Below, one piece after another: positions 28,942-44,417 of a stretch of DNA of 64,000 nt. The DNA comes from Schizochytrium sp. TIO01. Taxonomy: Eukaryota; Protista; Bigyra: Labyrinthulomycetes. The DNA is taken from the NCBI GenBank assembly GCA_004764695.1, contig SMSO01000035.1, positions 62,001 to 126,000 of the forward strand, given 5' to 3'. The first letter of the stretch is position 1. Each line of letters starts with the position of its first letter. The notes below the pieces were generated by a model. That model did not search any database. It saw only the letters and a list, made by a program, of their open reading frames with translations, and was not told the DNA's origin. Position numbers and translations under genes: made by a program.

Positions 28942-30612
28942 CTTGACCAAACCTTGGATCCTCTTGCTCCACAAACAGCACTTGTTAATCTCTTGCGACC
29001 TCGTCTTCGACGTTGCGGCTTTGTTGTTTCGGTCAATCTGGATATTCTGAACTTCTTCTATCTTCTTTGCTATTTTGTACCCTCCTATTAGATACTACTA
29101 AGGATATACTCCTACCTACCTCTACCATGATTGATGACCGCTCCAATCTGGTTTTTTTAAATATAAAATACGTTAGATAGTTCCTTTCTCAGTCTATACA
29201 GTGTCTCCAATATTTTGCTGTCACCGTACAAACTAACTTCTGAGGTTTCCTTTCCCCGCGCATGCTGGGAGCCACATTTCTAGGTACCTGTCAGGTATGT
29301 ATTTCGGATATATTTATGGCAAGCTTTTCGAAAATCTACTATTACTACTTGTTTCTCCAGAGTTCTTTCAACTAACAACCTACCTACTAGAAACCGCTAT
29401 GTACTAACTTTAGAAATTAAAAATTAATGATAAATAGTAACCATTATGCCAAGCCCTAGTACTTATCGTACTATATACAGTGTTACCCTTATACTAATTG
29501 AAATAATTATAATTTTAAAATGAAATAAGAATAAAAAGCCTGCATAGCAGTTATTAAGGTACCCTTAGCTTTTGGCGTAGACCACTCTCAATATGCAAGG
29601 TCTTTGTAGTAGTACCACACATGGCATTGCTAACAATGCATAGCGAACTACTAGTAGAAGCAGAAAATAAAAATAAGGGTAACAAATTAGGCCAATCATT
29701 GTGACATTGTTGAGAATGGTGGGAGCCGCATTGTTCTTATTGTTTGTTGCCCAGCACCTTAGGTTTGATAAAACTTAGATAGTATTGCTCATCCTGATCG
29801 TGAGTTGGTGGACCGATCTCATCGTTTCCAAAGAAGCGCTAAACATATCTATAGCAGCGTGGATGACATTCTGGAACCGGCAGAACCCACACCACGTGTC
29901 TTCGAGGTTCAGAACTCATCTAGTAGTTAGGCTTCTTTTTTGGGGCCCAATCAGCAACGAATGGTGGCAATGGGTTTCGCAATTTCGTTTTTCAGGTAGT
30001 CAGCTGACGTGTAGTTTTCTTACATGGCACAAAATGCTGTTGCTCCAGCAGCAAATAAATTATTTCAGTACTCCTCACGGTGACACGTGTGAGGTGCAGC
30101 CTCGTAGTAATTCTAATCATGTGATAATGAGATTCAAGTTAACTACATCCCCCCCTTTGCAGTGAGCAATCAGCATCAGAACTGTATGTTGAAACTGAGA
30201 TAGTCTCACGCCATTATTGAAGAAGCGTAGCAAAGCTTCTCAAACTAGGTAACGTTAGCAGGAGTTGGAAAGACTCTATACGTTGCTAGGTACAAGCGCA
30301 ACAAGCTTCTTAAACATGTATCAAGATGTCTATGTTCTGAAGATGAGGAATGTAGCCATGCACTGTAAAAAACAAAATTTGAAAAACAGAAAACACAAAG
30401 GCGACAGAAAATTAGACGGCAGAATAACTTTTCCAGGTGGGTAACGCATCTGATCGAACCATACAAACAAGTTGCGAATATGTCTTTAATCTTCGCCTTT
30501 CTTTTGAATAAATTGAAGAAGAGAGAAAAGAATGAAGCATGATAAAATTGAACAATAACAAATAATAAGGTTTACATGTGGACATGATATACAATGAAAA
30601 ACGACTCGGAGA

Positions 30613-31576
30613 TCAAGCAATGCTTGCGGAGGTTTTAAGTGTATCCTGCAAAGAAGAAGGTAAAGTTGATGCATCATTGTTACCCCGCTGCTCAAGGCGT
30701 TGGTATTCAATGATATCCATGCTTGCCTCAACTAACTCTTGAAGTTTCTCTGAAGCCTCACTTTCATCTGAGAAGATGTCAACACGGTCTGCTACAAAAG
30801 GATGGGACATGAGGTCGAGCGCTGTGCTACGCTCATGAGGGTCTTTCACAAGACACATGCTCAGAAAATCATTCATCTCTTCAGACCACAGGGAAGGCTG
30901 GTCAAGAGTCGGAGGTGGCTTAGATGGAATAACAAAGACAACACGCATAGGGTGAATTTGGGAGTATGGGGGCTTACCTTGAGCCATTTCAATGATTGTA
31001 ATGCCGAGAGACCAGATGTCACATTTGCTGTCGTAGCGTTCTTCTTGCATCACTTCGGGTGCCATCCAAAATGGAGCACCGGTCATGGTTGATCTCTTAG
31101 ATTGCACAGTATTAAGTTGTGCCGCCACACCAAAGTCTCCAAGCTTAGCCTGGCCACTGTCTGTCAGCAAAATGTTGCCTGCCTTTGATGTCGCGGTGAA
31201 TAAGATTTTGCTTGTGAAGGTAATGCAAGCCCAGCAAAACATAGGCAACAATGTCACGAATGTATTCCTCATCCAGAGTCGTACCACAGTAGCTCATCAA
31301 GTCTGCCACAGAACCTGCGGCGCAGTACTCCATGACAATCCAAACACAATCGCCTTTTTCATATGTTCCGAGATATCCAACGCAAAACACAGAATCGCAG
31401 CGACCTAAAATGTCGATTTCTTCCTCTAGCTCTGTTGTGTCATCATCCACGGGGATTACCTTGATTGCCACTAACTCACCGGTGCGCTTATGCGCAGCCT
31501 TCCATACTGTGCCATACGTGCCTTCACCAATGAGCTGCAGGAGCTCATAGACGGACGAAGGGTCAACAATACTCAT
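30613..31576 (-). CDS. STE20/MST-family Ser/Thr kinase, split by a 1-nt frameshift near 31184
   Basis: IGEGTYGTV, VAIK, WIVMEYC and HRDIK lie in one frame; AGNILL, KLGDFGVA, GAPFWMAPEV and DIWSLGIT lie in the next. Confidence 0.9.
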
Positions 31577-34500
31577 TTTTTATTTAAATTGGGCTTGCTG
31601 GACGATACCCGCCGTAGCAATTTGCAAAATTCTACGTTCACGACGACTCTTTGAGCAGAGATCGTAAAGTTTGGTGTATGCTGCCCCCCACTGAAGGATG
31701 TGAAATGAAGCAAAAAAGTAATAATAAGCCAGAGCTCTTGCGATTCTTCGTAAAGAATTTAATCCAGCTATGCAGCCGCTTGATATAGTTTTGGTGTTGT
31801 TGCAAATAAGAAGTCTGCTGAGCGGCAAAAGGGTAATGGCCTATCAAAGGAAGCCACAATGTGAAGAGGCTGTTGTTTAAGTTTTGCTCAATTTCAATTC
31901 TCGTTTCGTATATGCAGAGTCTTGAAGTAAGATGACTTGAGACCTCTATGCGTGTGCGAAACTCTACGCATGCACAATGAGTGCCCTTACAAAAAAGAAT
32001 TAGAATTTCAGACGCTCTTCACGCTTCTACTCGATCAAATGAGTAAGGGGCGGCTTTGTCGCTTTTTGCAGCCACCGTAGTATATATACGTGTGCGCCCA
32101 GAGAGGAGGAGAGAAAGATAGAACTCGCAGCAATAACGAGTTCTTGCAGGCAATGTTTATGAGGGTCTAAGAAGCAAAGAAAATAAATCCTAAACGATAG
32201 CTTCAACCAAACACAGCCTGAAACGTTATATGGTTATCACGCTGTCTGAGAGAGTGAGAATATCGAGTAGGCACGCTAAAAGTAGGAAGAGAAAAAAAAA
32301 GGTTGGCCGAGAGTTATAGACAGAATTCCTTAGTTGGTCGCTGGAGCAAGCTCGATAGAGAGTCTTTTTTTAGGTCTTTGACTTTCTTCTCAGCCACAGC
32401 CTTCTTAAAAATTATTCTAAATCCTCTCAGTGCCGGCTTGGTGTCGATGCTGATTTCCTTCGTCTCTTACTTCAGGTCTGTAGCAATTCCCACTTATAGT
32501 AGCTTTCTCTTGTGGGGGGTTTATTTTGCAAAAGCCAAGATGCAGTGCTTTTGCCGTGCTCACGGTGCTGCTAGAATCTTTATCTTTGTTCGCTGGCAGC
32601 GGCTAACCGTCCGTAGGAAGCGATGCTGACTCAGCAAGGCACAAGGAGGGAGTGCGCCACAATAAGTAGCAACAAAAGAAAGACTCGACTTTCAAGTTGA
32701 ACAAAAGGAAAGGCAAGGACAGAACAGGACACGTAAGGGGGAGAGCAAATCCTGCAAGATACTCCGTGCGTGAGCCAGAGTACTTGCGTTTGATGGCAGC
32801 AGGGTGGAGATCGCCTCCCCAGATAAACAGTATCAGTGCTAGGCAGGTCCTAGTGAGTCAGCTAGCTTCTGGGAGGACGGACCCTCTTCGGATCCGGACA
32901 ATCCAGTGCTCAGGTTGAGCTTGTAAGAAGGTTTGATAGAGGAAGCACTGCCGCTGGTGGCGGGACTTGAAGGAACTCACGCGGTAGCTCCTCGCCGCAG
33001 CCTGGAGCCCGATACAGTCTGTTGAAACAAACGGCAGAAGAAGATTGCTGTTGGCGGGCCCAATCTTTCTCTCACTTTCCTTTCTCTTTCTTGCCGCAAC
33101 TCGTTCCCACACGTGCGGAGTCTGCCTCTAGCTAGAACAGAGACGCAAACTTGCGCTATCAGTTTTCACAGTGAGAGGCTCCCGTCCGCTACTCTCTTGA
33201 TGTGATGTGAACGACTCGATCCCGCACGGCGTTGCTTGCTCGTGATTCGGTTTTGATCACCTCCTTGCTCGCGTGCTGCACTTGACTGGACTGATTCACA
33301 GAAGAAGTGATGAAGAAAAAAAAAAAGTGCCGTCAACGATGATTCCAAGTTTTTTTAGAAGGTAGCTAGAGCTAGTTAGGTAGCCACTACCCGCCGCTGC
33401 AGTATCTTTCAAGTATCACCCCAACTCGAAGATCAAGTAAGAATAGTATAACTTCTTCGAGTTCTCAGAGCTATGTTTCCGCCTCCGTTATCCTTCTTCT
33501 CAACCCTCTACGGTGCATAACAATCGAAATGAATTACCCGTCCCATCGAATTCAAGGCGAACTTCGAAGTTGGTTTTCAATCAATGATCACGCCTAACTG
33601 GTTTTCCTTTAATACATTCATCTCTTTGACCCCGGTCCTCTTCGTCCATTGCTGGAGAGTTCTTTTCGAGGAAAGGTGGCAACCGTTGTATTGCAGCCCT
33701 CAACAACCTAAAGGGCTTCTCGCGGCTCCCTTATGGCGATTGTTTCGAACTTTAAATCTAAAACTGCATCCAAGGAGTTTCCAAACCTGGCAGTCTGCGC
33801 GGCACGTGCTGCCACTGTTGCCGCTGCTCTCTACGCTGCGTCTCACGACGGACTTCTTGCGGCACGTGATGCACACGGGATGTAGGTCGGCTTCGCGCCA
33901 CCTAGACTGCTGACCTTCTTGGGGATTGAGGCGCTTCCTTCAGATCAGAACTCCAGGTTCTTCAAGTTCGCCTCAAGCAGCGCCGTTGTCGCACCTACTA
34001 CCTGCTGACCTTCTTCTCGTTGATGGTGTGCGCTTTGAGCGTGATTCACGAATAGAGTAAAGTGATCCTTCCTTTCCTCTGGATGGAAACACTGCATCAT
34101 GTCAACTGGCAGTAGCCAGAGGCAATATGTGTATGGTTTGCAGGAGACCTTTGGAACGAGCGAGGCTTCAATCATAACTTCGCCATCTTCGACTTGATGT
34201 ACAGGTATTCTCGACTTGACAGAGAAACTCTCGGGAAAAGAAAAGAGTCGTGAAGAATTGATTGACAAAATATCTTTTGGGGAGATCGGCGTCTTTCATA
34301 CTAGTGCTAGGGGTGTGCTACTGTGTTACGGGTCATCCGGAAAGCCTGCCAGTTTATAACAAACCAGTGAACAAATCAGTAGATCAAGCAATAAATTTCT
34401 AGACCTCAAAGTCCGAAGTTGCCTTTCTTGTTGCAGAATCCAGGGACCGGAGAAAGTCTTCAGCAGAGGAACCTCGACACCTCCTCGAAAGAAGCACCAA

Positions 34501-35800
34501 TACCTTTTCCATGGTCAAGGTCAAGTCAAGCTCATTGTAGCAGAACTTATATGTCCCTCCCTCGCTGGACGATTCATGTTCCCACACTGCAAACTCAACA
34601 AAGAAGCTCGCTTTTCAAAGTTTTTATCTCTCTCAGCCGAAGTGACCTCTTCTCTAAGGAAGCGGGCTACGGTCTTGCTTTTCATTTACCCATAGTGCTG
34701 TCTTGTCAAGGTTTGCGCCGCCTGAGGGTAATGTTGTGTGCCTCGTGAGCAGAGGTCCGAGAAGGTCGATAGATCGCGATGCTCCACGAGATCGTCCTCA
34801 AACTCGAGCTGATGCTCCACTCGCAGCAGTCCTAGCCTCCTAACTTTCAACTCAATATTACTCTGGTAAGATAAAGAAGAATTCATAGATAAAATTAAAA
34901 CAAAAAGAGGCTTGTCCTCAAAAGCTTTTATTGGTAGATAGAACAAATGCTAAACAGCTCTAAAGAAGCCAAGCCAGGAGTTCACTCATCCCGCGATGAG
35001 GTGGTAGGCAGCTAAATACGTACCTATTCTTCATTCATTTTTTTAATTGCTTCCTTGGGTGAAGATGGTGAGGATAGGCCAAGGTGTGTACCTCTTTAAG
35101 GTGTAATGGGTTTCCACCTTAAAGTGTCCGCTGACCTGGGGAGGGTGCTCCTCCTCATTTTCTCCGGGTTACTTGATGTTGCGGGGGGATAAGCGATGTA
35201 CAATTGATAGTAGAGAAGAGAGGGCCAATCGACCTAGCGATTTCCCTTGCCAACTGGCTGGAAATGCATGAGTTTGCATCATAAACTGCTATGGTTTGCT
35301 GTCGCGTCAGCATTTTGGAAAGTAGACAGGAGTCTAGAGGGAACTCGCCAAGTCAAGCATATGGACTTCAAAAGAAGAAAATCAACAACGCGAAAGGTGG
35401 TCCAGAGAGAATGTGAGCATTAGTATAACTCAGTAGGTGGTTTATATATAAAAGCTTTGTTTTTCTAAAGATAAGCAAATCTAGACGTTTAGTGGATCGA
35501 GAAAAAACAAAGAAGACTTACACATTCTCTCTCATAGCGAATACTGCCCAAGTTCTAGCTTGAGGTCTACACAGTCTGTATTTGCAAGCTCCGCGGAGGA
35601 CAACCTTGGTCTGTGCGGCTGAGCGATCACACGCGCGTGGCGTGCCCCGAAGAACATCAAGCGTGCCGCTTGCAGAAGCGAAAGTCTATCCTTGCAGGTG
35701 GGGACGGTTCGTAGATCTCGAAAAACAGCTTGCAACATTGATTAATTGCTGACAGCTCAACTCAAGGACTGTAGTCCCGGATTAGCTTTGCAAAGAAGAC

Positions 35801-37516
35801 ATGGGTGGCGCAGCTTCGGCGCAAGCCGAGCTGCAGCAGATGGTTGCTTGCACGTTCTTGTTGGGCCAAGCACTAAGCCGTGCCTTCCCCGAAATCTATA
35901 CAATCAATGATTTCCACGCCAACAAGGAAAAACTGAAGCGAGAAATCCAACGAGAAGAAGAAAAACGACTTGTAAATGCTGTACCAATGGTCATACTTCG
36001 GCCGGACGGGACAGTCACACCAGTTCAATTCGTGGATCGTCAGGGGAATCCCGTCAACCCTCCAAACGAGAGCAGCACAGAAAGCCAGCGTGACGAAGAT
36101 GATAATGGAGATTGGAATGAAGATGTACCCCTGAATGAGTGTCTCATACTTGAGTATCAGGGTCGCGAGGTACCTATCCGCCTCTCATCTCTTGGTGAAC
36201 AAAACGAAAGTGGTTGGACCATTCTCCATGCCTGCTGTCATCAGCAATCCACCATTGCTGCTGCTGAAAAGGTCATCGAAGCAATGATGGAGCGTGGTAT
36301 AGATCTTGATCTCAAAACTACACGTGGCCCTGGATCTTATGCTACAGGATGGACTGCTCTACACATGGCAAGCGCTTACGGCCTTACACCAGTTGTGTCT
36401 GCTCTACTGGCAGCAGGGGCTAGCGTAGACACAGCCAACTCTATCGGATGGAAGCCTCTATTCGAGGCTGTTCATCGAGGCTACACTGAAATTGCACGAC
36501 TTCTTTTAAAGGCAATGGCCACTCCGAATGAGATTATTCCAGCTTCCATGATTGCGCCATACCATGCGCAATACCCCCTTGCTCACGCATGCAGACAGAA
36601 CCATCCGGAAGTGGTTAAGGCTTTGCTGGACGCAGGTGCTGACGTCGATGCACAGAATGAAGGTGGATGGACTGCTTTACATGAAGCCACATACTTTCGC
36701 ACAGAAGACTGTGCTCGAGCACTTGTAGAGCAAGGTTGCGATGTGCTTTTGAAAACACGGCAAGGATACACGGCACTTCACTTCGAAAGTTCTCCTGTGA
36801 TCCGTCAGCTCTTATTGAGCCAATTGAGCTCCGATGAAGAACGCGAAAAATACAACAGGCCTGGAGCTCCACAGCCCGAAGCCGAATCGAAGTTTGCAGA
36901 CTCTCGTGCTGGTAATGAGGATGATGAAGGCGACCAACGCCCTGAGTACAGACTTTTGGGCGATCTGCCAGGTTTTAAGGCTAACTCTTTTATGCAGACC
37001 CTGCCAGATCCAACTGACAATCAAAAGGATGACGAGGACAACAAGGAGGAAGCATGGAAGCGTATCGCGGAACGGAGACGTTTGCGGAAGGAGAATCAGG
37101 GCAAACTTCGAACACAAGCTGTTGCCCCGCCTGAACAAGGTGTCCCCGAGGAATTCGCTTGTCACCTTTCTGGAAAGCTTCTGGTTGATCCTGTGACGAC
37201 AATGTATGGTCATCATTTTGAAAAGAGCGCACTGCAAGCATGGATTAAGAGCCAGGGAAACCTCTGCCCTATCACCGGTCAGCCTCTTTCCGAATCCGAA
37301 ATTGTAACAGACAAAGATCTACGCATTGAAATCAATGATTGGCAACTCAAACAAGCACTTGCTAGTGAAAACAATCCAGGTCATGCATCTGACGAGATGA
37401 CCAAGAGAAAATCCACCTCAAGCCACCCAGAAAGTCCTTCCTACTCATCCACCTCGAATGACCCAGCACGTCAACAGAACTCGAGTAAGAGTGATGATAT
37501 GTATGAGTTTGACTAA
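35801..37516 (+). CDS. Ankyrin-repeat and U-box protein (putative E3 ligase), possibly N-myristoylated
   Basis: Ankyrin repeats GWTALHMA and GWTALHEA; U-box VPEEFACHLSGKLLVDPV...GHHFEKSALQAW...CPITGQPL; N-terminus MGGAAS. Confidence 0.93.
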   Translation: MGGAASAQAELQQMVACTFLLGQALSRAFPEIYTINDFHANKEKLKREIQREEEKRLVNAVPMVILRPDGTVTPVQFVDRQGNPVNPPNESSTESQRDEDDNGDWNEDVPLNECLILEYQGREVPIRLSSLGEQNESGWTILHACCHQQSTIAAAEKVIEAMMERGIDLDLKTTRGPGSYATGWTALHMASAYGLTPVVSALLAAGASVDTANSIGWKPLFEAVHRGYTEIARLLLKAMATPNEIIPASMIAPYHAQYPLAHACRQNHPEVVKALLDAGADVDAQNEGGWTALHEATYFRTEDCARALVEQGCDVLLKTRQGYTALHFESSPVIRQLLLSQLSSDEEREKYNRPGAPQPEAESKFADSRAGNEDDEGDQRPEYRLLGDLPGFKANSFMQTLPDPTDNQKDDEDNKEEAWKRIAERRRLRKENQGKLRTQAVAPPEQGVPEEFACHLSGKLLVDPVTTMYGHHFEKSALQAWIKSQGNLCPITGQPLSESEIVTDKDLRIEINDWQLKQALASENNPGHASDEMTKRKSTSSHPESPSYSSTSNDPARQQNSSKSDDMYEFD

Positions 37517-38561
37517 ATTTAAATAGAAGATTACAAAAGCAGGGCGCTTCAAGTTTGTACAGGCAAGCTGCCTGCACATTTCAATTTAAAATCACTTTAT
37601 AATACAAAGATTCTTTCTTTTTTTTGGTTTCAGAATATCAATAAAATCCCCGCGCGCACATATTGTGATTGTAAAGACGAAGCAGCGTCTGCATACTACT
37701 CTTGCAGGTTGCTCCTACGGTTGGTTGCTGGCTATCATTCAAGAGGTAGTTGCGTTTTTTCATCAGGCAATGTACGCTCAACTATATACCAATTTTGCTT
37801 ATTTCTGAAGCAAAGGGGTGAAAGAGAAAGAATACAGGCACGGTAAGACTACATGAATGGAAAACTAATTATCTTCTTAGAGCGGCATCCAAACCATGGA
37901 AAGACAAAGAGTTACAATTTTAAATGGGGTGGTGTTGTGTAATATATTATGTTTTTGTCATACTTCCAAGAGAAGTAAGGCGTGGCTTTTCAACTATGGG
38001 ATTTGCAACTGAAAGATCAACTGGTTTATGTTTATCGGATTTTCTTGTTGGATAGATTTTAAAGACGAGTTCTTGTTTCAACAAAATGTATGAGGAAGCT
38101 TAGTACTCGAATTGAAATAGGACTTGTCAAGTTAAGAGCATTTCGTTTGTGTTTTGGGAGGAGACAAACGCACAGAGGGTGTCCGCCGTCTGTTTGGTCA
38201 TCTCTAATCTCTCATTTGCATGAAATAGCAGGTTCAGCAATATAACAAAAACCAATCTGGGAAGCAGATCCAGCTTTTTGTTAATACATCACTACTACCT
38301 GCTGGTCGACTTGGACATCAAAAGGGATAGTAAAAAAAGGTCAAATCTCCTCATTGATACACAGACATGTTCTCGCTACCGAGCTTTGGTGATGTCACAG
38401 ATATAGCTTTGGTGGTGGTTTTTGTTGTCAAGCATGCATGTTTGAATGAAAAGCCATGTCTGCTAAGGAGCACACTTAGACTTTACAACAATGAAAGCGT
38501 GAGACAGCACTGCTGGTGACAGGTTAGACTGTGAGAGCAGTGTGAGAGGTATGGAGTCTTC

Positions 38562-39615
<1,054 letters not shown>

Positions 39616-40516
39616 TCATGTCGAAAATAAAACAAGGATATAGATTCTTGTCAGTAAACAAAAATTGTACAGTTTTGATTGAGAATAGTATCCTCCAAAG
39701 ACGCAACTCCCTCCCACAAGAAGAGATCGAAGAAAAGGGGCAGGGGTAACAAAAAGGTAGAGAGCCATGAAATACCGTACCAACTTGTGCGATCGCCTTC
39801 TTGCTCTCTTGTAGTAAATCAAGCCCAAACTATTGGTTTTCCTTCATTTGCGGTTTTGTTCGTTTTTTCTCCTTTTGCCTTTCGGATCAATTTTCGCCTT
39901 CTAGCGGCCCCGGATCTTTCCTGACGACATTAGTCAGGCTCCCAACCTGTCTCGTAGCATGCATTCCCAGTCCACCATTACCATTACAGGGCGCGGTTTG
40001 ACTGTCGAAGAAAAGGACCCCGGAGAAAGTACATGCAAAACTAAGCGCGCAACGCAAGAAGGAGAGCAAAACGGAGAAAAAGCAGAGAAAGAAGGAGAGA
40101 AAAAAGCTAGCCAAAATCAAGCCACAGACATCAGCTCTGGTCTCTAACCCCGTCGCAAGTACAGAGACGCTACTCCGCCGATGGGAAGTATATAGACTCC
40201 GTCTTGCTTCGCCGGGCTGCTAGACCTATGCCGCGGGCTGGCGCCGGGCCCCTCACGCGAGAGAGCTCCAACGGGCTACCACGTACCTTGAGTAAATGAA
40301 AGTTTGCCACGACTTCTCTTGCTCCCGGATTCCCACTGTCTCCTAAATTTATCAGTGTACTTCCCCTCAAAGATTATGTTTTTCTGTCCACCTCCCAACT
40401 CAACCCCACTGCACTCGATTACTGACTCATCCACTGAAGTATTTCCTCCCAGTAAATGAACACTGATATCTTTAAATAAGAGGAGACACCTTAGGTTAGG
40501 GATGTAACTCTAAGAG

Positions 40517-40536
40517 TGACGTGGTCGATGACGTGG
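40517..40536. promoter_or_regulatory. Two TGACGTGG bZIP-type (UPRE-like) motifs upstream of ARF paralog A
   Basis: Exact TGACGTGG at 40517-40524 and 40529-40536. Function is inferred only. Confidence 0.45.
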
Positions 40537-41804
40537 CCAGCTTTTTGTGAGGGCAATGCGGAAGGCTTTCTACCTACTTTGCAGATTTTCTGCTCCCTCA
40601 GAACTTCTCGCTCGCTACTACCGGAAACGAATAGCGGCCAGTCAGTAGGAATGAAGGTAGGTACCTTCTAGCTGACTACTCCTACAGAAGGAAGGCTTTA
40701 GGTCTTACTTCTCTGAGATTGGTTCGAGGACAATGCTTCACGACCACCATATCCATTGCGGTCATTGCACGCACGCTGGAACAAGCGACGGGTTCGTGCC
40801 TTTCGCCATGCGCTCCGTCAAGATCTTTGTCAGACCTCTCGCAGAAGCACCTGCAGTACCTAGCCTAGAGCATGAGTGAGTACGTATAGTACGTGTGTGC
40901 TTTTTCATTCTTTCCTTCTGTAGAAGAAAAAAGTTCAAGATCATGATGGGAAATGATGTGGCTGAGAGAGGCTTCACTCTCGTTTGAGCACAAGAGACCG
41001 CACGCTGCTCCAAACTAATGGCGGCCGTTGCCACGTTTCTCTTTCTACTGCCACCATGGTAGCTTGGCTTCTTTGTACAATCAATCGATACATCAAAATA
41101 CATCAAAATACATCAATACTGATGATCATTCAATCATGATATGTCGATACATCAAACAAACAAACAACAAACAAACAAACAAACAAACAAACAAACAATA
41201 AACGAATAGAAAGAGTGCTACTGACTAAGTACGTAACTTACAGGGCCCTTAAAAAGGTATGCAAGTGCCAGGAGCCAAGGCGGAGGAATTGAGGAGCCAC
41301 GATTTGTGATTTGTGGAGGGTGAGGATCAACTCTAATTCTTGAGCGATGCTAAGAGATGGTGATGCGGTATCGGCTCGCTGTGCTTGACTGGGTGGTGTG
41401 CATTCATTGCTTTCCTCAAACGAAAGCTCAGTATCCGAATATTCGATTGCGGGTGCTGAAGCCAGCTCGCTTAGCTTCATTCATTCACTTTTTAAAGGCG
41501 AAAATTTGTTTACAATATTTATACATATAAATTTATTTTTATTTATTTTTATTTATTTTTTAATAAAACGATAGAAACCCTCAACTACTACAGGGGAACT
41601 TTTAAAAGAAGAATTAACGTTTTTTATTGTTTATACTCTAACAGTACTTGATTGTTTTTCGAAAATTAAAAGTTTTCTTCTTTCAAAAGATCCCTCCCCC
41701 CCTCCTTTTTTAAGATGGCGATGCTCTCTACTCCTTTAAAATGCAACTAACTCAAGGAACCAGAACGTTGAGAATCAAAGTTTGTATTCACATTAAAATT
41801 GCTG

Positions 41805-42383
41805 TTATTTCCCGATTGAACGCTGCTGTTCACTTACAGCTTTACCAATCCAGTCGAGGCCTTCATGCAAGCCTGCTCCGGTTGTGGCACACGTCGATTG
41901 GATGTACCATTGATGAGAACGCACGGAGTGTAGATCAAGCTTGTCGGCGAGCTCTGCTGCAGTCATAGCATCCGGGAGGTCCTGTTTGTTTGCAAGAACG
42001 AGAATTACAGAATCACGAAGTTCGTCTTCATGAAGTAATTTATGGAGCTCCTCCCGTGCAAGCTCGGCACGATCTCGATCGCTGCTATCAATGACAAAGA
42101 TGATGCAGTTCGAGTTGGCATAGTAATATCGCCAAAGCGCACGGATCTTGCTTTGACCACCAATATCCCAAACAGTGAAATTGATGTTTTTATACTCCAC
42201 AGACTCGACGTTGAAGCCAATCGTTGGAATGGTCGTGACGACCTCGCCAAGTTTGAGTTTGTACAAAACTGTAGTTTTGCCTGCTGCATCAAGACCTACC
42301 ATCAACACTCTTGCCTCTGTCGTGAAGAACGATGCCCACTGTAACCAGAACATGTTCATCATGGTTGTAGGAAAGTTGCCCAT
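41805..42383 (-). CDS. ARF-family GTPase, intronless paralog C (192 aa)
   Basis: MG start at 42383; GLDAAGKT, uninterrupted [14 protein letters not shown], and NKQD. Confidence 0.93.
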   Translation of the reverse strand: MGNFPTTMMNMFWLQWASFFTTEARVLMVGLDAAGKTTVLYKLKLGEVVTTIPTIGFNVESVEYKNINFTVWDIGGQSKIRALWRYYYANSNCIIFVIDSSDRDRAELAREELHKLLHEDELRDSVILVLANKQDLPDAMTAAELADKLDLHSVRSHQWYIQSTCATTGAGLHEGLDWIGKAVSEQQRSIGK

Positions 42384-42533
42384 CGTTCTTGTCAGCTTTA
42401 GGTGTTGTCTTTTGCACACAAGGTTAAGGACGGTGTGGCTGTAGCACATGCGTTGCGGGTTTGCCAGCGCCTGGCAAGGACTACTTTTGTAAATCTCTTA
42501 TTGATATATGTCTGCCTCTTTGTCAATGTGATC

Positions 42534-42775
42534 TGACGTGGTCACGTGCACCATCTCAGATGTGAAATCCAGATGCTGTGGCAAAGCGAAGGTAATGACG
42601 TGGTGTCATCTGTGATCTCACCGGAACCAAAAATGACTACGGGAAATCATTTAAAAAAGAAAGATGAAAATAACACTAAAAGCAGCATGCGTCATGCTTA
42701 ACCAGTGCAACTCTTTTCAGAAACATGCACTGACGTGGTGAACTTCAACACGTGGTTTCTTGTACATGACGTGGT
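42534..42775. promoter_or_regulatory. Cluster of four TGACGTGGT motifs plus CACGTG boxes upstream of ARF paralog C
   Basis: TGACGTGGT starts at 42534, 42596, 42731 and 42767; CACGTG occurs at 42543 and about 42749. Confidence 0.6.
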
Positions 42776-43108
42776 CTAGCCTCAAGAAGGTCTCAGGTTG
42801 TTTGTCTGGGAGAAAGCGGGGGAACCATACCATGACGGGGACCATGACGAGTTAAATCCCGCCCGGCATGCGCTGGGGTTCAATAGACGGGACAAGAATT
42901 TGTATGCAAATATGTTGATTGCTTGAAACTGCAGCAAGAATCTACCCTTCCTTTCCCGAGTAGATAGAGGAGGATAGAAGTGCGGAATTTCAGGGATGGA
43001 GAAGTCTGATATCGAAAGAAAAAAAAAACGAAAAAGAGAAAAAAATCTCAATTATCTGTATAGTCGTTGTAACTCTGTCTGATATGGTGTGCTTGGCTGG
43101 GTAGCTGT

Positions 43109-44417
<1,309 letters not shown>

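Noticed and set aside
31170-31200. Programmed ribosomal frameshift in the kinase
   Set aside because: There is no canonical slippery heptamer or adjacent stop, and a simple indel is more parsimonious.
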